Shown here: positions 1 through 8,813 of the stretch, piece by piece
Layout: each line of letters starts with the position of its first letter
Position numbering within the stretch: position 1 is the first letter of the stretch
NCBI GenBank assembly: GCA_030141605.1
Contig: JAQGDQ010002124.1
Location: 1 to 14,155 of the forward strand
Direction: 5' to 3'
Length of the DNA stretch: 14,155 nt
Origin: Tubiluchus corallicola
Taxonomy: Eukaryota; Animalia; Priapulida
Notes under the pieces: model-generated
What the model saw: the letters and a program-made list of their open reading frames with translations, nothing else
Told to the model about the DNA's origin: nothing
Database searches by the model: none
Position numbers and translations under genes: made by a program

Positions 1-246
1 TTGTATATCTTTTATTATTACATTATCATTATTATTACATCATCAGAAATGTAATGTTTTTGATCAATTTTGTATCAATGGTGCACGATAAAAAATCTAT
101 TCAACAAATGATTATAATTAAGGCTTTAAGTTTTCATCGAAGGTGTCATTTCGCCTGTCGTTTGGTTGCTGTTGAAACTGTCATTGTTGCCATTGTTGAT
201 GCTGTTACTTTTGTGATCGTTGCCTTTCTTCTTATTTTTTCTGAAT

Positions 247-367
247 AACAAGTCACTCAGTATGTTGGGTTTATTTTACTGTTATCACTTAAACTGTTTG
301 TGGTGTGCTAAAGGAAAGAACAAGTCACTCAGTATGTTGGGTTTATTTTACTGTTATCACGTAAACT
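247..367. repeat. Two-copy direct repeat of 49 bp (247-295 and 319-367), period 72 bp, in the peroxidase intron
   Basis: aacaagtcactcagtatgttgggtttattttactgttatcac is identical in both copies (42 bp), followed by (t/g)taaact. Confidence 0.95.
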
Positions 368-856
368 CAGAAAAATATAGCAGAGAAAATTGCAAAGAAC
401 TGCCCATAGAGCATAAATTTAAAACGTACTACTTCTGAATAGAAATTTTCAGTCATGGTAGATGTCGCCATTTACTTGAAAATCATGACGTAACTGGGAA
501 ACTTCGTGACTTTTCGTAAGCTCGTCGTGGCTTTTCGTAAACACGCGCTGCTTAAGCTAATTAAAACTGCTGCAGTTTACTTAATGTTCAAGGAAAAATG
601 TTACAGAATTAGCAGTCCGTTGTTTCTAAAAATTATTATACTTTTGGTGAACATTGACAGAGCGCTACATTTCTTCAAGACGAATGACGTCATTGGAAGA
701 TGGGCGTTGAAAATGGAAGCGCCCAAGCATGAAGCGATCGCAACTTTAAAATGATTTTACTAATTACACGAGGCGCTTATTTCAGTTTTATTACTAAATC
801 CTTCTAACATTTTTCGCGAACATTGAAATAACTCTTACTGATAAAAGTTTACATAC

Positions 857-1071
857 TTCCGTCATTGTACTCGGGAGGAATTATTCGTATGAGACGAGTT
901 TCACTCATTCCCCACTGGGGATTTTGAAGATTATTACAGGATCCAGTAATGCTACGGTATCTGGTCTGTTGACAAGTTGCGATTGGCTGTTGTTGACAGG
1001 CACCTCCAAGACGATTCAATGGTACATCCAATTCTGTCAGACCTTGTACTTCTTCAGGGCTGAGTTCGTTC
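857..1071 (-). CDS. Peroxidase exon 4 (215 nt), start of the An_peroxidase domain
   Basis: Acceptor catttattcag|G at 1072/1071 and donor GGAA|gtatgt at 857/856. Encodes RYRSITGSCNNLQNPQWG...PPEYNDG, inside ORF-track 849..1160. Confidence 0.93.
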
Positions 1072-4009
1072 CTGAATAAATGATAGCAATAATTTTGACT
1101 TTTTTTTGAAGATACAATCATATCAGAATAGACTGGACAACCGGAAACAAGGTAATTCAAAACAGTTTACTGTAACTGGGAAGATAAGTACCTGGCATCC
1201 CAGAAAATGCTTGGACAAGCGACAGAAGCAAACGTGAACTCTAAAAGTAGACATTTATTAGTAACAGACCTGGAAAATTTAATACCAATTGATTTCATTT
1301 TGTTTAATATTGTAGCAAGAGTCTCAACATTTCACATTGATGGCTATGAAGCACAAATCTAATTTCCTGTAAAAGACTCTAGAGAAATCTAACGTCAATT
1401 TCTTCCACAAATTTGTGCAGATGATGATGGTGATGGTAGTGTTGTTGTTGTTGGTGGTTGTGTGGTGGTGGTGGTGGTGGTGGCGGCGGTGGCGGTGGTG
1501 GTAGTGTTGGTGCTGGTGGTAATAATGATAGTTGTTGTGGGGATGGTGATGATGAAGCCACTATAACGACTATGGCAATGCCAATGACGACGAGGAAGAT
1601 GATGACATTATATATATATATATAATAGTGTAAAAATACTTACGTTTGTGCTAGATCCTGTGAAGCCTTTGTCAGTACTCTAGCTGCTTGTGCTTGTTCA
1701 TTTGCTGAAGCTGTTGGAGGATGAAAGTGCACCTGTTTTTTTCTTGTGATGTCTCTATTTGCTACAAGAAAACTAACATTGACTGCCATTTCACAATTTA
1801 GCACATCAACATTTACAAGTCTGCCTCATGCAATATAGTTATGCCTACTAACATAATAGTTTTATTTCGTCACCAATTCGCTTTTTATTAATTTCATTTG
1901 TAAGGTGAAGTCTGTTACTTCGTTTTGTGATTCAGTTAAGAGTTATTTTCCGCCCTGTTCACGACAGTCGACAGGACAGACTATAATAACTTCCCAATAA
2001 TTGATAAACAATCATATAAGCTCATATTTGTCTAAATATTTGTGGCGGTCCTTACTGTTGAGCAAACACAAACTTTCTTTAATAGCGCACGGGAGGTTTT
2101 CCTTGGCACTTTTTAATTTTCATAGAGAAAGAATCTACGTAACGGAAAAGAGCATCTGTCTTACGTTGTTTAATAAATGTGAGTAATAACTCTGATGTCC
2201 TTTCCGCTCTATAAAATAGGCCAAAAATTTCCACGTTATAATAATAAACAAATTTGCTTAAATATTTTCAGCCCAATAAAAGTCAAAATTAATTGCTACA
2301 ATGTCTCTTGATAAAAAATAATTGTCATTGGTACTTACTCGTCTGTGGTTGTCTCTTCCTGTTTCTTTCCTCAACAACTGCACGACGCACAGACTGTCGT
2401 ATGTCAAAAGCCGAGGGTTCAGCGACTGTCATTTGTAAAATTATCAGTAAGCATAACCTTAATTATAAGAAATAATTATAGTAATCTCATGCATAATTCG
2501 TGATATTACTCGTGAAAATGAAACCCATACTTTGTTAAGAAGAAATAAGCGAATTCTCGTTAACCAGGAATTATTTTGCTTATATAACAATTGCAAAAAA
2601 CATTATATACTCAAACTGACATTTGTAATATTGCATCTATGCAACAAACAAAATAAAATTATACAGCTACATCAAAGTTTACTGAAGAACACTGAAATAT
2701 ATAAAGAGTATTAATTTTAAAAACGTGACTTGCAGCAAACAACTTCAAAATACGTTTAAATAGACTTGAGTCGAGCCTTAAAAGTTAATTTAGATTAAAT
2801 TAGGGCATGATTTATACTAATTACGTAAAAGCCATCACAAATTTTGTATTGCAATTTACTTTGTTGCCTTTTATAACTGAATATATTGGTTTTAATATTT
2901 TTGCGAAGTTTTTTTTTCTTTTTTCTTCTATAAGGTAAAGGGCGCGAATGATCAGAGCAGGTAATTACTTAACGTTAAAATAACCACCACTGGGTGTTTC
3001 TTCAAAGAAACTTGTTGGGATTTAACAAGTCTACAGGGAAATCAATTCTTGCTAACGGCAAGTGTTTTGCTAGAAGCCTCGTTAGCAGTAGAGTTTAGTA
3101 ATGATGCCAATGTCTATACAGAATTTATCACGAAAGTAACTCAGCAATACACAGAATGATGAAGAAAACGGTATTGTCTAATGTTACAAAAGCTCTACAC
3201 TTCTGATTATACGCCAGATTTTGCAGCATAACGGTACCACGCTTCTTTTGCACGTTTTTTCTAAACAGTGGTGTAATTACAAAGCTCAAAGCGGTTAATT
3301 GTACAATGCTAAAATGCACTTTCTATTAGTGTAGCTTATACGATGGCGTATAATACTAATCCAGGCACACCATTGGTCAAAATGTTGCCTACTATGCTGA
3401 AATCGCTTAGCAACTGTAAAAGTGTAATAAAGTATGTTGATACGTATGTTGAAACGTTTTGCTTTTTTGTAGATTTACAACGCCATGTTTTATTGCTAAA
3501 GTGAGAATCTAATATGTGATGAGCAAAAACCTAAATGGTTGCCTCTCTGTGGTGTAGGCCTATACCATTCAGAGTCTGCCTACAAGTTATATAATGAACA
3601 ATGAGTGTAAAGATTTCTTAATAACTTTGGAAGATTTGGAGTAAGCCTTTTTACAGTTTCATTGTGCGCACGCGCAGTTGCTGTAGGTCATAGGTTAAGT
3701 GTACCACAGTAACGCGTGTTAACTATAACTGTCACGTGACTTGTTTGTAAGTTCAGTTCAGTAACTTCAGTTCTTTTACTTGGACATTACTTAGTTATGC
3801 ATTAGTCTCTCCGTAGAGTGGTACACCTAACCTTTGATCTTTTCACGATCATCATCAATCGCTGGAACTGTGAAAAAGGCTTACTCGCACAGTAATGCAA
3901 CTGTAAGTACACAACGCTAAAAAGTTCACAACAAGAACTGCATATCAGTAGATCTTTTTGTAAAGCTAGCGAAAAATGTTACATGCGTGACTTACTTCTG
4001 AAATAACAT
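857..4009 (-). CDS. Animal heme peroxidase (peroxidase-cyclooxygenase superfamily; peroxinectin/MPO-like), 5' part, join(3996..4009,2339..2457,1644..1761,857..1071); gene continues left of the window
   Basis: Manual splicing gives one open frame: MLFQKLCLLIILQMTVAEPSAFDIRQSVRRAVVEERNRKRQPQTTNRDITRKKQVHFHPPTASANEQAQAARVLTKASQDLAQTNELSPEEVQGLTELDVPLNRLGGACQQQPIATCQQTRYRSITGSCNNLQNPQWGMSETRLIRIIPPEYNDG. The C..C..YRSITGSCNNL.NP.WG....L.R..PP.Y.DG string is the conserved start of the An_peroxidase domain. It is preceded by a signal peptide and a pro-region. Intron phases 2,1,2 match at each junction. Confidence 0.9.
1420..1624. repeat. Compound trinucleotide microsatellite/low-complexity tract (GAT/GTT/GGT/GGC) followed by (TA)n
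   Basis: gatgatgatggtgatgg...gttgttgttgttg...ggtggtggtggtggtggtggcggcggt...gatgatgac, then tatatatatatatata; lies in peroxidase intron 3. Confidence 0.95.
1644..1761 (-). CDS. Peroxidase exon 3 (118 nt), pro-region
   Basis: Acceptor gttttcttgtag|CA and donor AC|gtaagt; 2+38x3+2 nt with no stop; phase-compatible with exons 2 and 4. Confidence 0.85.
2339..2457 (-). CDS. Peroxidase exon 2 (119 nt), signal-peptide core and start of pro-region
   Basis: Donor GA|gtaagt at 2339/2338; acceptor ttcttataattaag|G (AAG, weaker). Encodes LCLLIILQMTVA-EPSAF... An in-frame TAA just upstream means an earlier exon is required. Confidence 0.8.
3665..3772 (+). promoter_or_regulatory. Candidate regulatory cluster: NRF1-type site, palindromic E-box, Inr-like TCAGT repeats
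   Basis: TGCGCACGCGCA at 3665-3676 fits YGCGCAYGCGCR; GTCACGTGAC at 3731-3740; TCAGT(T/A) at 3753, 3758 and 3767. Motif match only. Confidence 0.4.
3996..4009 (-). CDS. Peroxidase exon 1 coding part (ATG TTA TTT CAG AA)
   Basis: ATG followed 14 nt later by a perfect gtaagt donor in phase 2, which is the phase exon 2 needs. Yields MLFQK-LCLLIIL, a normal signal-peptide n/h region. Confidence 0.7.
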
Positions 4010-4320
4010 TCTTCTGGCTGCAACACGTGCTTTCACAAACGTGGATACAATGTTGTCAAAATTTACACTCAAAAGTTTAAACAATGACAGCCATTTATTG
4101 TCTTAAATATTTCTTAAAACACTCAGATCAAATTTCACCCGAAAAACAATCAATTACACATAAAATAGTCGAAATAAAACAACCAAAATAAACTTGAATG
4201 AAGTTTCGTGTTTTTCACTTAAATGGTCTATGCAAGCATTGGCAATTTTACAGGCCTGTTTTTTGGATACTACTGAGTTGCAATTAGAACTTAAACCGGT
4301 TTGCTTATCCCTGGTTTTGA

Positions 4321-6100
4321 TCATATCCTGTTTACGGAAAGTGGGTGTTCGTAGAATTTTATCCACCTGAGCGTGGCACAAAACATGTATAATCTCCATA
4401 TAAACGAGCTAGGCCTATTCACAAGTTCTGGTTTCTTATTGAAGTGCTTTGTACTAATTGCAGGTGTTGTAGTGCTTGTGGGCCTAGTAGTTAATGACCT
4501 ATTATCTGTTGTAAACGGGGTCGGCAGTAGGCCAGGCTTCGACACGTTTATAGGATAAGGCCCATTTACTGCATTAGCATAGGTTGACGGCTTAAAATTA
4601 CTGTTTTCTACAGAAGGTACTCTAGATACGTGATAGCTGTTGCTTTTTTTCGCTCTGTACCAACGATCTTTGTCATTTATACACAATTTCATACGTTCTG
4701 TTAACTTGCTAACCCCAAACCTACTAAAATGCAAGCCATCTCTAGCCATTAAGTTTTCATCTGTGAAATGGCTAACTAAATAACAAATTTTGACGTCATC
4801 TAATTCTGATTTTTCAATCATATTAAGCAACTGGTCATTGTACGAGCGAATGCTTGAATTTGCCTTTGCAATATCAATCACTTTAGCCTGTGCGTACTTA
4901 TTTGATTTAAGCGTGGGGATACTACAAACAAATATATTACAACAGTCAAATTTTGCTTTAATATTACTTATGCAGTCCTGGGTGTTCCTGATTAAATCGG
5001 CAACCATTTCTTTCTCTTGCTGGCATGCTTCTGAGCCCTGAAATTGAGTTCTCTCCAGTGCTTGTTTAATGTCCTTAACTCCACATGTAAGAATGACACT
5101 TTCAATCTTTTTTGCAGGATACTGGCTCGCAGCAAGTTCTTTGAGTTCCTCCATAGTAATTCCCCTATAAGAGTGTACTTGAATGTTTCTGCAAATGTCT
5201 TGTGGGTTTAGATATCTGGTTCTCGAATCACCTAAAATGAGGGTCTCTGTCGCAGCATTCAGAGTTTTTGGTGTAGGATTATGTCGCATCTCGCTAATGT
5301 TGGTCTTATGCACATTGTCTCTGTCATCGGTTTTTCTGTTCATCTGTGTGTCTGTCTTTTCTAGTACGCGGTTATCCGTCTGTGTTTCGACATTTATAGA
5401 TGGTCTAGGCTTTGCACTTAAGGCATCTTCGATTTTACTTAGCCTAGTACTCTGGTTCAGAATTAGCTCATTTAGCTTTGCTAGTTGTTTTTGTAGTACG
5501 TCTCTATTGTCATTTATCGTGTCAAATCCTAGGTCTAAATTTGGTTGAAATAGGCATGTTCGACGCCTTAATGTTTTTTGCGTTATGAGCTTCATTACCA
5601 TCAGTGTCTGAGAGAGAGTCTTTCATTACATAATCAAGTGTGGGTGTGTTTAACTGTATCGCACTAGGATATTCCGTTTCACTATGGAGAATAATATTAT
5701 CCTGAGTGTAGATTTGATGATGACGTTGTGCCAGTTTCAGAAATTCACACAAATTTTCCCAACACCACTTTAGGTAACAGCCCTTAGTTATTTGTACTGT
5801 ACCATTATCATTGTTAATATACATCATAGTAACTTTTCTTGAGACGCTTAATTTGTAACTTGAATACTGTTTCTGTTCATTACTGGTCACAGTTACTTTC
5901 GCCCTCGGTTCTAGAATATTCATTGCATACGTCATGCCATACACCAAGTTGTGTAACTCCTCTCCTCTTACTGTTACACTGCCTGTGTCACCAACGTGCT
6001 CATTTATAGTGATTTGATTCGGGAATGATTCATATAGTTTTTCTCTTAATAGTGGAATCGTAATCTTACCAATGTCAGCTGATTTAGTTGAATTTGCCAT
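4321..6100 (-). pseudogene. LINE ORF1 protein with coiled coil and SGNH/GDSL esterase domain, split by one +1 frameshift within 5522-5601
   Basis: Esterase blocks LILGDS, VHSYRG, VILTCGVKDI, IFVCSIP and RDGLHFSRFGVSKL. Heptad stretch LQKQLAKLNELILNQSTRLSKIEDAL. The upstream ORF 5522..6100 carries a T..Y...GTVQI.....W motif resembling N-termini of invertebrate CR1-type ORF1. The two ORFs overlap by 80 nt. Confidence 0.82.
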
Positions 6101-6316
6101 ATCATGTAACTTGTGTCACACTATTAACTTTCACATTAAATATTTATATTTAATATAAAATGTTCACCATAAAATAATAGATTTTCTGTACCAAACAGAC
6201 TTTATCTTTAAATAACATGCTAGCTAACACTATACGTTACGTAAATTCAATTATTGTTACGTTCCACTACACTGATTATCGCAGCTCGCGAGAGCACGTC
6301 CATTCACCTCGGAGAC
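4321..6316 (-). mobile_element. CR1/L2-type non-LTR retrotransposon 5' half (5'UTR plus ORF1), ORF2 absent
   Basis: ORF1 architecture (see next feature). About 215 nt of leader precede ATG 6100 and begin with a CpG-rich stretch containing GGACGTG (6295-6301), where the adjacent endonuclease fragment breaks off. Confidence 0.75.
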
Positions 6317-6800
6317 TAAGTGAAAAACTTAGATATTCTTGTCGGTTTGTCATTTATAACACTTAGACAGAATTTATTTAATAGTTCAATGTATTGTTTG
6401 CATTCAGGACTTTTGGTATTATTAATGTCAATGTTAAAATCTCCCATTATAAGGATACGCTTGTTTTCTAAAACAGCTCAAGTTCGACCGAAAAATGTTT
6501 TAGGAAGGTTTTATATTTTTGATTTGGGGGCCGGTAAATAATTCCAACTAGGTAATCTTCTATGTTGCACCATAAGGTTTCGATTTTATTAGTTCTTATG
6601 CCTTTTGCTTCAGTTGATTTGAAATGTGCTGTGTTATAAATTGCTACCCTCCTCCTTTTCTCGAATTGCATCTGTCTTTTCGCATTAAGATGTGCTTAGG
6701 TAATTGTAAAGATTTGCTTGATATTTTTTTGTTCAACCAAGTTTCGGTGATACCAATTACTAGGTTTTCGGGTGCGTGTACAGTATCTTTGAGAAGCCAG
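6316..6800 (-). pseudogene. LINE ORF2 apurinic-like endonuclease (EEP/APE) fragment with two frameshifts
   Basis: Motifs in order across three frames: VIGITETWL, RKDR...KGGG/VAIY, IETLW, VGIIYRPP, LIMGDFNID, LLNKFCL, PTR. It breaks off before the IDH/SDH motifs, and no RT domain follows. Confidence 0.92.
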
Positions 6801-8525
6801 TTGTTACGACTAGTGCAGATGGGGCAGGCCTGACTAGATGTAAGGTAGTCACTGGAGATTCCTTGGCCGAGCAAAAAGTTTACATAAAATTTTACTTTAA
6901 AGAGGGATCTGCCCACAAATTCCAGATAGTGGCTTCGCAGCAACTGTAGTCTACGGGGGGCGCTACCACTTCAAGATGGTATTGGTTCTTGTGGGATTCT
7001 GTATTAGCACTTATCGGTTAATTGAATTAAATACAACAGGACAATGATGCAACAATAATAATTATAGTATACTGTAACCACGTTTAATGACAAAATATTA
7101 GGAACGAAAATCAAACCGACCAAATATGTCATTAAAGCACAATATATCAAAAAAAAACATTGGCAAAAATATCAGAAAACGTTATTGGGCAAAACTGAAA
7201 GCAAAATTAAGCAATATCACAAAAATAAATAGTGTTCATAATTAAACATATTATAATGACTTGGTAATATTTCTATTGGAACATAAACTAAACTAACCGT
7301 AGCAAATGTTCGTTTAAGGGCTTATCCTAACTACCAGCCACCCCTGGGGAAATGCTAGCAAGTTAACGGCTTAAGAGTAGCATTCAGGGCTGTGACGTCA
7401 CATGTAAATTAGCAGCATCCATGAAACATTTCGTTGCTAAACTTCATACACAATTTCAATGTCTGGTATGACTTCAACTCGTGTAGGATCAGTTTATATT
7501 GAACATTTATCAATTGTGAAAACCATTAGTCCATCTGTACCCATGACACGCTGCACAGTAAGGCAAAGAATAAATCAACTTACAGATCGGGATCCCGTGG
7601 GATAGTCTGAAGCTCTAGACACCTCTTGCTGGCCTCAAATAAACAAGAGAACTGTCGTGTCCTTCTCGTCTATCGCTCAACCGGTAGTCTTCCAGCCACA
7701 AGTACTATCACCATAACATCGGGTGCTTGGGAGTCCATTAACTGTCCAAAATCCTCACCCATCAACTATGACAGCAGCAATCAAAAGTAGTTAAATGGAC
7801 AAACATTTTCGTTCGAAAGTTCAGCAAAACTGCAATTACGAAAAGTCTGACCTATGTAATGTTTTCAGGTCCAATACCAAAGCTCGACTCTTTTCTACCT
7901 TGTACACCTGTATCGTGATGAGTTTTCTGGGTCACCTCTCCGCATTCACAAGTTGATCAGACGGCTTCATATCGCGCACAAAATTGAATGCTACAAACCA
8001 ACCCGCAGAACTTAAATTCCTAAATCTTGAGTTTAAAGGGCAACTGAACCATTTTTAATACATGTTTTCAGGTTTAGTTGATAATATGACAATAGCTTGG
8101 TTGTCATATTGATTATTCTTATTGATAACACCATCATTACATTATTTCTCATCAGACTTTCTGGGGGAAAATAAACAGTATGTTACACTCTTATTGTTGA
8201 CTTGTTGTTGTACTCTTTTCTTTTGTAATAATTACAGCTTTAAAATTTATGTTTCATCTTGTTTTGTGTTTTACTAAATAGCCTTAAAAACAGCAGACGA
8301 AGCCATAAAAATACATGTAGTATATTTTCTTGATCATTATATAAAAATTAGGAAGCCAATAACCCTCGGGACGTTACAATATTTTTATTTCTTTACTTTC
8401 ATCAGTTTCACTCTGTTAAAGTAAGAGTTGTATTTTTTTAAAATTCTACCTGTTTTGTTGAAGATAACTGCTTGAGTTTTTTTTATTTTTACGATGACCA
8501 CTGGTTACCATCTTCCCCAATCCTG

Positions 8526-8669
8526 CCCAGAAAATCCAAGTAAGTCGCTGCAGCATATTTCTGCACCCGTGCCCAGAGTCGCAAGAAAACTTGCAGAATC
8601 ATTTTAGTTTGCGCAAAAACTGAATTTTAGTTTGCACAAAACTCAGCTCATGTTATCTACCTAGCTGGG
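8526..8669. repeat. Small repeat remnant with an internal ~23-bp tandem duplication, bounded by CCCAG...CTGGG
   Basis: attttagtttgcgcaaaaactga (8601-8623) and attttagtttgcacaaaactca (8624-8645). The terminal inverted match is only 5 bp. Confidence 0.4.
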
Positions 8670-8797
8670 AGAGATTTTTTCAGCGGCAGATTAGTTTGTG
8701 TTTTTTGGCTTGGAGAAACTGATGAATCTCACTGTTTCTAATCTTTCCAGGCGTTATACATCTACTTAACTATTTTTCAAGGATAATGTTTTATCAC

Positions 8798-8813
8798 TAT
8801 ATATATATATATA
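8798..8813. repeat. (TA)8 microsatellite
   Basis: tatatatatatatata. Confidence 0.95.

Noticed and set aside
136-240. Possible next peroxidase exon after a ttattcag acceptor-like site at 241
   Set aside because: The in-frame translation is low-complexity (KKIRRKATITK...), hits a stop, and lacks the expected PR...LP..R.VS motif.
247-367. Repeat-spacer-repeat resembling a minimal CRISPR array
   Set aside because: Only two copies, located in a eukaryotic intron, no cas genes, and the repeat is not palindromic.
1379-1561. Poly-Pro/His/Gln ORF
   Set aside because: Translation of an intronic microsatellite.
3831-3900. Candidate minus-strand micro-exons (16 nt at 3885-3900; 36 nt at ~3833-3868) in intron 1
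   Set aside because: The first shifts the frame and the second introduces TGA; exon 1 joins exon 2 correctly without them.
4373-5548. Plus-strand ORFs 4373-4558, 4790-5041 and 5183-5548
   Set aside because: Antisense shadows of ORF1 with no recognisable motifs.
5570-5582. A_AAA_AAC slippery heptamer as a programmed -1 frameshift in ORF1
   Set aside because: The -1 frame meets TAA immediately; the downstream ORF needs a +1 shift.
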